Assembly: GCA_050331735.1 (NCBI GenBank)
Contig: JBHJGN010000051.1
Location: forward strand, 30,684-94,683
Direction of reading: 5' to 3'
Source of the DNA: Cyanophyceae cyanobacterium
GTDB taxonomy: Bacteria > Cyanobacteriota > Cyanobacteriia > Cyanobacteriales > JBHJGN01
DNA length: 64,000 bases
In this document: one piece after another, positions 39,711-50,700 of the stretch
Numbering within the stretch: position 1 is the first letter of the stretch
Layout of the letters: each line of letters opens with the position of its first letter
The notes under the pieces: generated by a model
Seen by the model: the letters and a program-made list of their open reading frames with translations, nothing else
What the model was told of the DNA's origin: nothing
The model's database searches: none
Translations under genes and position numbers: made by a program

Positions 39711-40652
39711 ATGAAGATAACTCAAATCGCTCAGTTATGTATGTGGTTGCTGGGAGCTATCGGTTTTTGCCTGTTGATCGCTCAGTTAATGCAGACAGCG
39801 CCGCTGTCCCTATCGGCAGGCAAATCGTTGACGGCAGAACTGAGTGACCAGCACGACCAAACTCATGCAGAAATTATCTCAGCCCTCACCCAGGCTGATA
39901 TTGTTTATTTAGGAGAAACTCATAACAGCGTTGAAGACCACGAAGCACAGTATCATATTATCGCTGCCCTCTATGAGCAAAACAACCAATTGGCGATTGC
40001 CCTAGAAATGTTTCAGCGTCCCTACCAGTTTGCTCTCGATCAGTATCTAGCCGGAGAGATTAGCGAAGGTGAACTCAGAACCAAAACCGAGTATGACCAG
40101 CGTTGGGGCTTCGAGTGGGAATACTATGCTCCCATTTTGCGCTTTGCTCAAGCACACCGCTTACCGCTCCTAGCTCTCAATACGCCGACAGAAGTCACTC
40201 GTAAAGTAGCCCGTCAGGGGCTTGCTAGCCTATCCGCCTCAGAACGTCGCACCATTCCTCCTCTGTCAGAGATTCGCACAGATAATGCCGAGTATCGGCG
40301 GCTGCTTCAAGATGTTTACGCTCAGCACAGTCATGGAGAGCAAACAGAACGAAGCTTCGAGAATTTTTTTGCGGCTCAAGTGCTGTGGGATGAAACAATG
40401 GCAGAAACGGTAGCTCAGTTTTGGCAAGCAAACCCGAGCTATCAGGTGGTTGTCTTGGCAGGGCAAGGACACATTATTTATGATTATGGAATTCCGAGCC
40501 GCGTCGTGCGTCGCTTCGCCAACAGCGAACGGAGTGATGTCGCAGCGACATCCGCTCATTCTCAGCCAACTCAGGCAACTGTTTTATTGGGGACTACGCC
40601 AGATTCAACGCCAGGAGAACGGCCAGCCGCCGATTATTTTTGGGAATATTAG
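39711..40652 (+). CDS. ChaN-family (DUF399) protein
   Basis: VYLGETH, LEMF, AQVLWDETMA, AGQGH. Confidence 0.88.
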   Translation: MKITQIAQLCMWLLGAIGFCLLIAQLMQTAPLSLSAGKSLTAELSDQHDQTHAEIISALTQADIVYLGETHNSVEDHEAQYHIIAALYEQNNQLAIALEMFQRPYQFALDQYLAGEISEGELRTKTEYDQRWGFEWEYYAPILRFAQAHRLPLLALNTPTEVTRKVARQGLASLSASERRTIPPLSEIRTDNAEYRRLLQDVYAQHSHGEQTERSFENFFAAQVLWDETMAETVAQFWQANPSYQVVVLAGQGHIIYDYGIPSRVVRRFANSERSDVAATSAHSQPTQATVLLGTTPDSTPGERPAADYFWEY

Positions 40653-41002
40653 CAATCAATTAACCGCTTTTTTAGAGAGCGGCTTGACAACGGCAGCAAG
40701 TCGTGAAAAGCTTTTCAGCCCGAAACCCTGCCATTTAGGAGTAGCCAGACGAGGAAAGACACTTTAATATTAATTAAATATTAAAACTGACGGTTAATTT
40801 AAAATAATGACTAGATTTCGATCAAGAAAATCATTACAATGGGTTAAGTTCAAAAAGTCAAGAAAACTTAACATTGCTATAAAGCCGCGTTTGCTACATT
40901 GTTTACTCTGAGGTAGTTCGGGCTATTTCTAGAAGAAATAAAACTAATTTTAAATAACGATTCGTAGACAGTTAGAATTGAGCTATAATCTGACGACCAG
41001 CC

Positions 41003-42721
41003 ATGCCAACTTTAGAGGTAAAGGCTTCGCCTACTCATCACATTTTACTCATCGCAAGGCGGAATCTTAGACAAGTAATTTTTCTAAAAGAATCTGTCTA
41101 TTCAATCGGTCGTCATCACCGCAATTCAATTATTCTTCCTTTTGAGCAGGTTGCTCATCACCATGCAACGATTGTTCGCATCAGCGACGAGCGCACTGAC
41201 CAGTATTCCTATTATCTATTCGATGGCAATCTCCAAGGAGAAAAGAGCCAATCCGGTATTTACGTTAATCAAAAAAAATGTTCTGTTTGCGAACTTAAAC
41301 ACGGAGATAATATCGAGTTTGCTGCTTCTGTGAAGGCTCATTACTATGTCTTCTCTGATTCAGAACTGCTCTCAAGCTTAGCGCTCTTAGAAAAAGAACC
41401 GGCTCATCCTCCTTCAGCTACCAATGCGGTTGCCCGTCCCCCGACTAATACAGGCTTTGCCTCTAAAGATGAATTAAACCAGGAAGAGCTGGTCAAGCTC
41501 GCTTCGATTGCCGAACTGAGTCCGATTCCGATCGTGGAAATAGATTGGGAAGGAACGCTGACCTATCTCAACTCTGCTGCTAAAGCTAAATTTCCTGACC
41601 TCAAGCAGAAACACCTGGAACATCCAATTCTGAGGGGACTCCTGTTTCGCTCCAACCCGCTGCTGAATGCCTTGCTATCTTACCAGAGTCAACCACGAGA
41701 TCTGATCGTGCGGGAAGTTAGAGTCGGTCCAGAAATTTTTGAGCAGTATATTCACTATCTCACTGAGCGAAAGCTGATTAGAAGCTATCTGTTCGATCTC
41801 ACCGTGCGGCGGCGGACGCGGATGATGGGAAAGACCGAAGAACGCTACCGCGCGGTGGTTAAGCAGACGAGAGAGGGAATCCTGCTTGTTGATGCCGCAA
41901 CCAAGAAGATTTTAGATGCGAATCAAGCGTACTGCCAGCTCCTCGGCTACCAGTCTAAGGAAATTTTGAAGCTGACTCTTTACGATATTGTGCCCGTAGA
42001 GCGGGAAATTCTCGATCTTAAGTTTCAGCAAATTATCGATCAACAGCAAGATATGGCCGAAGAAACACAGCATCGAAGCAAGGATGGCACGTTAATCGAT
42101 ATTGAAGTTAGCGTAAGCTTGATTAAGCACGAACCAATGCAGATGTTTTGCCTGGTGGTTCGCGGCATTACAGAACGCAAGCAGCTCGAACAAAAGCTAC
42201 AGTACCAGGCTTTTCACGATTCTCTGACTGGCTTGCCCAATCGATTTCTGTTTCGAGAGCAGCTCTCAAAGGCGATCGCCAATGCCAGACGATATCAGCA
42301 TTCCCTGGGCGTGATGTTTCTCGATCTCGATCATTTTAAAGAAATTAACGATACGATGGGTCACGCGATGGGCGACCAGCTTTTGCGGGGGTTTGCCGAA
42401 AGATTAGCGTCCTGCTTACGCTCTAGCGATCTGCTCACGCGCTGGGGGGGAGACGAGTTTTTGGTGCTTGTCACTCAGCTACGAGAGGAACAGGAAGCCG
42501 CCACCATCGCCGGACGGATTTTAAACACGCTGAAGCATCCGTTTCAGCTAGAAGAACAGCAGCTAACGATTAAAAGCAGCATTGGAATTGCGCTATTTCC
42601 CCAAGATGGCGAAGAAGTAGAAGTCTTAATTGAACGTGCCGATGAAGCGCTTTATCTTTCTAAAGAACAGGGACGCAACAATTACAGTTTTTACACTCCG
42701 GTAAAAGCGGTTGAGCGCTAA
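41003..42721 (+). CDS. FHA-PAS-PAS-GGDEF diguanylate cyclase
   Basis: HDSLTGLPNR, DLDHFKEIND, RSSD I-site, GGDEF. Confidence 0.92.
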   Translation: MPTLEVKASPTHHILLIARRNLRQVIFLKESVYSIGRHHRNSIILPFEQVAHHHATIVRISDERTDQYSYYLFDGNLQGEKSQSGIYVNQKKCSVCELKHGDNIEFAASVKAHYYVFSDSELLSSLALLEKEPAHPPSATNAVARPPTNTGFASKDELNQEELVKLASIAELSPIPIVEIDWEGTLTYLNSAAKAKFPDLKQKHLEHPILRGLLFRSNPLLNALLSYQSQPRDLIVREVRVGPEIFEQYIHYLTERKLIRSYLFDLTVRRRTRMMGKTEERYRAVVKQTREGILLVDAATKKILDANQAYCQLLGYQSKEILKLTLYDIVPVEREILDLKFQQIIDQQQDMAEETQHRSKDGTLIDIEVSVSLIKHEPMQMFCLVVRGITERKQLEQKLQYQAFHDSLTGLPNRFLFREQLSKAIANARRYQHSLGVMFLDLDHFKEINDTMGHAMGDQLLRGFAERLASCLRSSDLLTRWGGDEFLVLVTQLREEQEAATIAGRILNTLKHPFQLEEQQLTIKSSIGIALFPQDGEEVEVLIERADEALYLSKEQGRNNYSFYTPVKAVER

Positions 42722-42823
42722 TTGTTTCTCTCCCGTTCAGTTGCATTAATCCTATTAAGTAGCAATCAGCATTGCGTTGTGAGCTCTACCCTAGATACAA
42801 TAGCTGATGGAGATATGGCTCTG

Positions 42824-42896
42824 GGGTGCATAGCTCAGTGGATAGAGCATCCGCCTTCTAAGCGGACGGTCGCAGGTTCAAATCCTGCTGCACCCG
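42824..42896 (+). tRNA. tRNA-Arg (anticodon TCT), CCA not encoded
   Basis: GGGTGCA/TGCACCC acceptor stem, D arm GCTC/GAGC, anticodon arm TCCGC-CTTCTAA-GCGGA, T loop GTTCAAATC. Confidence 0.97.
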
Positions 42897-42988
42897 GTTT
42901 AGCGCTTCGTCATGCGCCATTGAACTGCTGTTCCTTGTCCAAAGGTTTGATGACGCGACAGCCGCGCCCTGTCGGAACGGCAATGAAC

Positions 42989-43213
42989 CTACGGACGCTC
43001 GGCCTGAGCCTGTTGGCAGGTTTTGTGTTTCTGAAACCTTCCCTCCTGGACTTTACGGCAGAGCCAGCGTGTCGAGCCATCTTGATGTTCAATGAGCTGC
43101 CAGTAGTAACCATTGCTGACGGCTCCTTCTTTAAGCACTTTAGCCTCAGCCGTCAAGATCAAACAGGCAAAAGATACAGCAGAGATTAGTAAAGTGGCAG
43201 TTGCTATTCTCAT
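42989..43213 (-). CDS. Small secreted protein with two Cys
   Basis: GGAG RBS; signal peptide ending AEA. Confidence 0.65.
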   Translation of the reverse strand: MRIATATLLISAVSFACLILTAEAKVLKEGAVSNGYYWQLIEHQDGSTRWLCRKVQEGRFQKHKTCQQAQAERP

Positions 43214-43335
43214 CGTTCGCTCCGGGAACTACAGTTTTAGAGTTCCCTTAAGAGCCAGTTGCTCAACAGTAAGCAGCAATTGTTAAGCAAATCAGGATGT
43301 GCCATAATAATCCGATTATCCTTTGATGCTCTGCT

Positions 43336-44373
43336 ATGGTTCAAACGTCTCCCTCGCCTGACGAAATTGTGACAGCTCTGGAAACCCCAGTAGACTTTAA
43401 CTTCAACATTCCCGATCCAGAAGACGAGGACATTCAAGAGTCTGACTTTCAGCAGCAGCTAGACTCAGTTTGGCAGATTTGCGATCGCTTCGATCTGCAA
43501 ACCGACATTTGGCGCGGTCGGATCTTAAGGGCGGTCCGGGACCGGGAAAAACAGGGCGGTGACGGACGCGGCACCGGATTTATTAACTGGCTCAAAGATC
43601 GGGAAATTACCAAAAGCCAAGCCTACGCGCTCATTCAGCTCGCCAATAGCGCCGATACCCTGCTTGCCGAAGGCCAGCTCGACCCTGACGCGATCAATAA
43701 CTTCAGCAAACGGGCCTTTATTGAAACGGCCAAATCCGCGCCAGAGGTACAGAAAATGGTCGGCGAAGCCGCTCAAAAAGGCGATCGCATTACTCGCCGG
43801 GAAGTGAAGCAGCTCTCCGATGAGTGGACGGCCATGACTTCTGAACTCCTGCCCGAAGAGGTCAAAGAAAGAGCAGCAGACGGCTCGTTGCCTCCTCGCC
43901 ACCTCGCTCCTCTGGTACGGGAGATGGAAAAGCTCCCGGATTTGCATCTCGATGCTATTCAAAAAGAAGTGGCGCTCAGTCCTGATGTAGATACCGTTAA
44001 AACCCTCACTTCAGACGCTCGCAGCTTATCGAAATATCTCGATGCGGCGGCTCAAGTCCAGACCATCAGACAAGCCTCGATCGATGTCGAAATGGCTCTT
44101 GAAGAGGCCCTGCGGCTAGACTGCCTCAGCACGGCAGCCGAGTTAGTCAAACAGGCCAACCAGCTAGAGCAGAGCGTGGGGAAGCTCTACACCACCTGGA
44201 AACGCCTCAGCAACCTCTCAGACCGTCTATACGTGGATACTGGAGCCAGCAATCCTCATCTGCGCTCGCTCCTTACCTGTTTAGAAACGCTCACCAGCGA
44301 ACTAATTGAGGTCCAGCTCGACGATGCGGGCGAACTGATGGTGCGCCTCAAAGTCATGGCTGACGCTGATTGA
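43336..44373 (+). CDS. Conserved cyanobacterial hypothetical protein
   Basis: 345-aa ORF with host-like composition. Confidence 0.8.
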   Translation: MVQTSPSPDEIVTALETPVDFNFNIPDPEDEDIQESDFQQQLDSVWQICDRFDLQTDIWRGRILRAVRDREKQGGDGRGTGFINWLKDREITKSQAYALIQLANSADTLLAEGQLDPDAINNFSKRAFIETAKSAPEVQKMVGEAAQKGDRITRREVKQLSDEWTAMTSELLPEEVKERAADGSLPPRHLAPLVREMEKLPDLHLDAIQKEVALSPDVDTVKTLTSDARSLSKYLDAAAQVQTIRQASIDVEMALEEALRLDCLSTAAELVKQANQLEQSVGKLYTTWKRLSNLSDRLYVDTGASNPHLRSLLTCLETLTSELIEVQLDDAGELMVRLKVMADAD

Positions 44374-44426
44374 TATTAATTGTGGCAGATAACCAGTGAA
44401 GTGTCCCTTGTCCTAATCAGAGGACC

Positions 44427-45176
44427 ATGAGCAATCAACAATCAGCAATCAGTAGAAAGCGACTCCCCAAAAACTATCCGGCAAACACTTTGCTTCTAGC
44501 CGAAGACATCCATAAAGGATTTACTCTGCACAATCAGGGCGGAATTCATTTAAGCGTCTTAGCAGGAGTTTCTCTCAGCATCGGTGCCGGAGACTGTATT
44601 GCCCTAACGGGGGGATCCGGTTCCGGAAAATCGACCTTCATGCGATCGCTATACGGCAATTATCGCGTGGAGCGCGGTTCTATTTGGGTGCAGCACGAGC
44701 ATCGCTGGGTAGATATTACGCAAGCTGAACCCCACGAACTGATTGCCATTCGACGCAAAACTATCGGCTATGTTAGTCAGTTTCTGCGCGTCATTCCTCG
44801 CGTCTCTACCTTGAATGTGGTCACAGAACCCTTGCTGGAGTTGGGAATAGCTCCTCAAACAGCCACCGAAAAGGCGCAGCATTTACTGGCAACTCTCAAT
44901 CTTCCTAAACGTCTGTGGCAACTTTCCCCAACCACCTTTTCCGGGGGAGAAAAGCAGAGAGTGAATATTGCCCGAGCGCTTTCGGTTGACACCCCAGTGT
45001 TACTCCTTGACGAACCAACCGCCTCTTTAGATACTCGCAATCGCCAGGTTGTTATGGAATTATTAGCCGAGCGCCAAGCCTCTGGCTGTGCGCTGATCGG
45101 CATTTTTCACGACGATACCGTTAAGGACTATCTGTGTACAGGAGAGCTGTTGTTTGAGAGGACCATCTCAAGTTAA
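44427..45176 (+). CDS. phnL: Phosphonate C-P lyase system ATPase PhnL
   Basis: KGFTLHNQGG, YVSQFLRVIPRV, LWQLSPTTFSGGEKQRVNIAR, GIFHD. Confidence 0.92.
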   Translation: MSNQQSAISRKRLPKNYPANTLLLAEDIHKGFTLHNQGGIHLSVLAGVSLSIGAGDCIALTGGSGSGKSTFMRSLYGNYRVERGSIWVQHEHRWVDITQAEPHELIAIRRKTIGYVSQFLRVIPRVSTLNVVTEPLLELGIAPQTATEKAQHLLATLNLPKRLWQLSPTTFSGGEKQRVNIARALSVDTPVLLLDEPTASLDTRNRQVVMELLAERQASGCALIGIFHDDTVKDYLCTGELLFERTISS

Positions 45177-45228
45177 CAACGAAGACTCGTCAATGAGATC
45201 AGCGCCACCAAAGTATGCTCTTTGATGG

Positions 45229-46014
45229 CTAAAGGTTTTCAGGATCAATGCCAAGTTCAATCAGTTGAGCTGCCAGACGTTCGGCTCGCTGCCGTTCAGC
45301 ATCGGCTCGCTGCTGTTCAGCATCAGCTCGCTGTCGTTCGGCTGCTGCGAGTTCTTCCGGGAGGGGCACAACGTTGCCCTCTGCGTCATAAAACCTTAGC
45401 CAGATACAGGTTCCCGTGAGCGGCTCTCGACGGAGCTGCCCTTCCCAAGTGCCGAGCCATAGCTGCAACGAGCTACACCACAGCCAGCCGTTCTCGTTAG
45501 GGAGAATGGGTTGGTAACGTTGATTTGCGTCTAATTGCCACCCTTGTAAGGAGTTAGCATCAAATGGGTCGTAGACGAAGTAGTTAGCCGTATGAAAAGT
45601 GCGCTCGTACAGGTCTTTTTTGGCTCCCGTATCGACTGTTGCCGTACTCGGAGACAACAATTCAACAATCACGTCTGGATAGCGTCCCTCTTCTTCCCAC
45701 ACGACCCAGCCTTGGCGTTCGCGAGTGCCATCTACGTCCAGCGCCACAAAGAAATCTGGTCCCCGAAAGTCTCGGTTCATCGCTTGGCTGCGGCTGTAGT
45801 ACACAAACATATTGCCCCCCGCAAAAAAGTCGCTACGGTCGTCTAGAGCGCTATTGACGGCATCGATGAGCACGTTCATCGCGATCCGGTGTCGATTACT
45901 TTCCAAGGGTTCTCCATCGTCAAAAACTAGGTCTGTCGGGGGCATATGGGCTTCCCAGTCCGCTAGCTCAGCTCTAGATTGAAGCTCGGCAGCATCGGGT
46001 GACATGGCAATCAT
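45229..46014 (-). CDS. Uma2 family endonuclease
   Basis: PLESNRH, GPDFFVAL, ELLSPST; AEQQRAD repeats at the C-terminus. Confidence 0.92.
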   Translation of the reverse strand: MIAMSPDAAELQSRAELADWEAHMPPTDLVFDDGEPLESNRHRIAMNVLIDAVNSALDDRSDFFAGGNMFVYYSRSQAMNRDFRGPDFFVALDVDGTRERQGWVVWEEEGRYPDVIVELLSPSTATVDTGAKKDLYERTFHTANYFVYDPFDANSLQGWQLDANQRYQPILPNENGWLWCSSLQLWLGTWEGQLRREPLTGTCIWLRFYDAEGNVVPLPEELAAAERQRADAEQQRADAERQRAERLAAQLIELGIDPENL

Positions 46015-46226
46015 TTTCTGGTACAGGTGTATTAGCTATTTTATCGGTAGATAGACCTGAAGAGCGCTTTATTGTGCTAATCGTGAGCTACCCAACCCGT
46101 TCATAAATCTAACCTGATACAGACGGATAAATTGACAAGTCTTTTTTAGGATTTGAGAAGGTTTGTAATTATGCCAGTCTTCTACTTACAGAGACAACCT
46201 CTTAACTAAGATTTACTAAATTTTTT

Positions 46227-47771
46227 ATGTCTTCTGAAAAACCAACATCCGCTAAAAATTCTCTGAAAGCCCATTTACTGAATAATTTCGACAGATCAGC
46301 AGCGGCTGTTGACCATCAGCCGAGACAAAATGGCAGCAATAGCAGCTCAACTCCTCGCGGAGCTTCTGAACCGACCAATTGTCCCAATGGGGAAAAACCG
46401 AGCATAACTGCCAAATCCCCGGAAAAAACTCCTTGGAAAAACTACTGGTGGCTCGTTCCCGTATTGGGAGTCGTCGTGGCGATTGGTGGCGTAACGGTGA
46501 TGCGCCTTCAGGAAAATGCTTCCGAAGTGGAGACAACCGCTCCGGCTCCCCTATCGGTGCAAACCGCAACGGCTCAGCAAGAACCGATTCGAGCCTGGGT
46601 CTCTAGCGAGGGAACGGTTCAGGCTGCCGAGTATCAGCATCTCACGTTTGAAGTTGAGGGCGATATTACCTATCTTGCCGATCGCAACGGTCGCCGACTG
46701 CGCGAGGGCGACTTGGTGCGAGAAGGTGAACTGTTGGCCAAGGTTGACGATCGCGAATTGATTGCCGACCTTCAGCAGGCCCAAGCCGCTCTAGCCGAGG
46801 CCCGACAGCAGCGAGCCGCTGCCCAGGCCCAAGTGGCCCAGGCCCAGGCGCAGCTAACGCGCCTCCGCTCAGCTCGCGACCTCGCCGAAACCCAACTCGA
46901 ACGCTACCAGTTTTTGTATGAAGAAGGAGCCGTGGCTGCCGCTGAGCTAGATACTCGTCGCAATACCCTTCAAGAGGCAGGGGCTAACAGACAGGCGGCC
47001 CAGGCAGAGGTGGCAGCGGCCCAAGAACAGCTCCAGGCAACCCAGGCGCAGATCGACACCGCCAGAGCGCGAGTCACTCAGGCGGAGGTGGCGCTGGAGG
47101 GAGCCAGAATTTATGCGCCTTTTGATGGCGTGATTGCCTACCTCAACTATACCGAAGGGGAATACTTCTCTCCTCAAATCGTCACCTCTCAACTCGCGGG
47201 AGATTACCAAGGAATTCTTGAGCGAATCCCGATGGTAATTATCGATCCTAGTCTGTATGAAGTGATCGTCGATTTAGCTGGTCCAACGGGGGAAAGTGTC
47301 GATGCGGGTCAAGCCGCCTTTGTCGCTCCCGAAACGGCGATCGCCCAATCCTCGATGGACAATACCGAGAGCGATCTGACTGCCGCTGCCAGAGCAACGG
47401 GGGCAGTGTTTGCCGTTAACCCGGCTATCAGTCCGGGCGGACGCGCCATCGAAGCTAGAATCCGCCTCAATCCCGCGACGACAGAAAATGTTCGTCACGG
47501 CGAGCAGGTGCTTACCTGGATTGCCGTAGAGGAAGACCCCAGTGCCGTCGTTGTGCCCCTCAATGCCGTCGTGTACCGCGATCAGGTTCCCTACGTTTTC
47601 GTCGTGGAGGAAGACACCGTCGAACAGCGAGAGGTGGAACTGGGCATCCGCAGCATTACTAACCAACAGATCGTCAGCGGCGTTCAAGCTGGAGAAGCAG
47701 TCGTCACCCAGGGGCAAAATCGTCTCGTTGATGGTGCGCCTGTTCAAATTGTTAGTCGCAGTGACCAATGA
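46227..47771 (+). CDS. RND efflux membrane fusion protein
   Basis: TM anchor, EGDLVREGELLA, coiled coil, IYAPFDGVI. Confidence 0.92.
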   Translation: MSSEKPTSAKNSLKAHLLNNFDRSAAAVDHQPRQNGSNSSSTPRGASEPTNCPNGEKPSITAKSPEKTPWKNYWWLVPVLGVVVAIGGVTVMRLQENASEVETTAPAPLSVQTATAQQEPIRAWVSSEGTVQAAEYQHLTFEVEGDITYLADRNGRRLREGDLVREGELLAKVDDRELIADLQQAQAALAEARQQRAAAQAQVAQAQAQLTRLRSARDLAETQLERYQFLYEEGAVAAAELDTRRNTLQEAGANRQAAQAEVAAAQEQLQATQAQIDTARARVTQAEVALEGARIYAPFDGVIAYLNYTEGEYFSPQIVTSQLAGDYQGILERIPMVIIDPSLYEVIVDLAGPTGESVDAGQAAFVAPETAIAQSSMDNTESDLTAAARATGAVFAVNPAISPGGRAIEARIRLNPATTENVRHGEQVLTWIAVEEDPSAVVVPLNAVVYRDQVPYVFVVEEDTVEQREVELGIRSITNQQIVSGVQAGEAVVTQGQNRLVDGAPVQIVSRSDQ

Positions 47772-47781
47772 GCAATCAGCA

Positions 47782-50700
47782 ATGAGCAGATTAGAGGAAC
47801 ATAGCTATTCCCCAAAGAACGAACCTCCATATTTCCACGATAACAAGTCTGATAACGCCCAAAAAGCCCCACGTTTAGCTCGTTTTTTCTTTCTCAACAC
47901 CATCTTCGCCATTTTGTTGAGCTTACTGTTTGTTGTTGGTGGGGTGCTGGGCTACTTGGCAATGACGAAGCAATCTAACCCAGACATTGACATTGCCGTT
48001 GCCAATATTACGACAACCTGGGCAGGGGCTGACCCGCAATCGATTGAGCAGCAAGTAACCGACGAAATCGAAACAGAAATTAGCTCGGTAGAAAATGTTA
48101 AACAACTGAGGAGTGCTTCCTATACAGGCTTCTCGGTAATTAATGTTGAGTTTACGAGTGATGCCAACGTCGATCAGTCCATTCAAGAGCTGCGGGAAGC
48201 GGTTTCCCAGGCCGAGCCAGAATTACCCGAAGATGCCGAGCAGCCTATTGTCGAGCAGGTTTCTGTTAACGATGCCCCAATTATTACCCTAGCGCTGTAT
48301 GGCGATATCGATCCGACGGTCATTTCTCAAGCTGCTGAAAGAATCCAAGATCGCTTAGAACAGGTTGCAGGAGTGAGCGAAGTGAACCTTGGCGGTGCTA
48401 GAGAAGAAGTAGTTAGCATCCAGATGGACCCCTTTCGCTTGGCTACTCTAGGCATTTCCCCCACTACCGTTGCCAACCAAATCCGCACCGCTAATCAGGA
48501 TGTTCCTCTCAACGAAATTGAAAGCGATCTTATTGGAGCACAAGTTCGCTTCTATGGCAGATTTCGCACCCTTGAAGACTTGCGCTCTTTACCGATTACT
48601 CGTTTGGAAGGGCGGGTAGTTCGTCTGGAGGAAATTGCTTCGGTGCGTCGAGAACTCGAACAAGAGGATACGCGCGCCTTCATTAGTACGCGAGGTGAAG
48701 ACTACCAGCCTACCGTCACCGTCGGCGCGGTCAAAGTCCCGGGCCAAGACTCGATTGAGGTGATTAACAGCGTACTGGAAACTATCGACGAACTCCAGCA
48801 AAACCCTGATATTTGGCCTTTTGGAATGGAGTACCGCATCATTGCCGACGAGTCGGAAATTATTTGGGAACAGTTGGGCAATCTGTTTACCAATGCCCTC
48901 CAGGCGATGGCGGCGGTGTTTGTGATTCTGTTTATTGTGCTGTCTTGGCGGGAGGCGCTGATTGCGGGGCTGTCGATTCCGCTCACCTTCTTGGGAACGC
49001 TGGCGATCCTCTGGCTGACGGGTCAAACCCTCAACAACATGGTGCTGATTGGCATGGTGTTGTCGTTGGGGATTTTGGTGGATGTGTTCATTTTGATGAT
49101 GGAGGGGATGCACGAAGCTATTTTTATTCGGGGACTAACTTTTGATCGGGCCGCCCTGGAAACAGTCAGAAATTATGCCCCACCTGCTTTTGCGGGTCAG
49201 CTAACCACGATTCTCGCCCTCACCCCGCTCTTAGCCATTAGCGGGACGCTCGGTAAATTTATCGAGCTGCTGCCCTATACCGCCATTATCTGCCTGACCC
49301 TCAGTTTTGCGATCGCCATCCTCATTGACATTCCCCTGTCTCGCTACCTGCTCGGCAATATCAAAGGCGTAGAAGCCAAATCCCGCATGGATCGCTTATC
49401 GGAAGCCGCCTCAAAGCGCTTCCAGCGCTGGAGCCTCAACCACACCATTAAAAACCGAGCCACCGCCCGCGCTTGGGTACTAGGAACCGTTGCCCTGTTT
49501 GTCTGCGCCATCTTCGCCTTTACCCAAATCCCCGTGGAATTTTTTCCCCAATCGGACCAGCGCAATTTTAGTGTTAATGTCGAACTTCCCCCCACAACCA
49601 CCCTCGCAACGTCTCAAGCTGTGGCGAACGAACTGGGGGAAATTCTGCGCGAGAAAGACTATCTTGAAAGCGTCATCAAATACGTTGGTCAGCGTAGTAA
49701 CTTAGTTCCCTCTGGCGAACTCCAGCCCACCGAAGGCAGCTACCTCGTCGGTTTTTCGGGTGTCCTGCTGCCCGAAGACGAGCGAGAGAAAATTTCCTTT
49801 GAGTACCTCGACGACCTGCGCAGCGAACTGCAAGCCGCCATCAATCAATATCCGGGGGCATCGCTCATCTTAAATGAACAGCAGGCTGGAGAGGCGGGAG
49901 ATCCGATTCAGGTTGAACTCACCGGAAGCAACATCGCTCAACTGCGTCAGATTTCCCAAGAAGTTCAGCTAGCGCTGCGGCAAATTCCGGGAGCCACCGA
50001 TGTCCGAGACAATCTGGGGGCGTTACAGTCTGACCTGCGGCTGGTTCCCAAACGGGAGGAACTCAGCTTCTACGACCTCAGCGAGCAAGAACTGGCATCC
50101 CAAGCACAGTACTACACTAGAGCCATCGATATTGGTGATTTTGTTATCGGCGGCGATGAGGAAGATTTAGAAATTCGCCTCAGTACGGCTTGGCCCTCCC
50201 GTAACGGTCGCGTTGGCGGTCCGACGCGCCGGGACGAACTGTTGGCGGTCCGCTTTTTTACCGATAGCGACACCGAAGAAGTCGTCTCCGCCCTCGCCGT
50301 GGTCGAACCCGTACAGGCGGAAGCGCCCCTGTCGATCACCCGTCGAGACGGACGACGCACCGTTACAGTACTCGCGAAAAATGAAGGCAATACCGTTGGT
50401 CAGATTTTGGATGCGTTAGAGCCAAAGCTCCAAGACATGCAGCAGTCATGGCCCCAGGGCTACAGCTACAGCTTTGGCGGCGAGTCGGAAGACCAGGCAG
50501 AAACCTTTGGTTCAGCAGGTCAAGCGCTGGCGCTGGCGGTGTTTTTGGTGTTTGCCGTGCTGGTGCTGCAACTCGGTTCCTTTCGCCAGCCCTTTATTAT
50601 CCTGCTGGCGATTCCCTTTGCTACCATCGGCACGTTCGGCGGCTTCTTCCTGGTAGGGATTCGCTTTTCCTTCACCGCCTTTATCGGCATCATTGCCTTG

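Noticed and set aside
42722..43189. 155-aa + strand ORF
   Set aside because: Overlaps the tRNA-Arg and an opposite-strand gene with RBS and signal peptide; spurious.
45280..45345. Tandem 21-bp repeats
   Set aside because: They encode the usual AEQQRAD coiled-coil tail of Uma2 proteins.
47542..47781. N-terminal extension of the RND transporter
   Set aside because: Overlaps the MFP gene; ATG 47782 is the plausible start.
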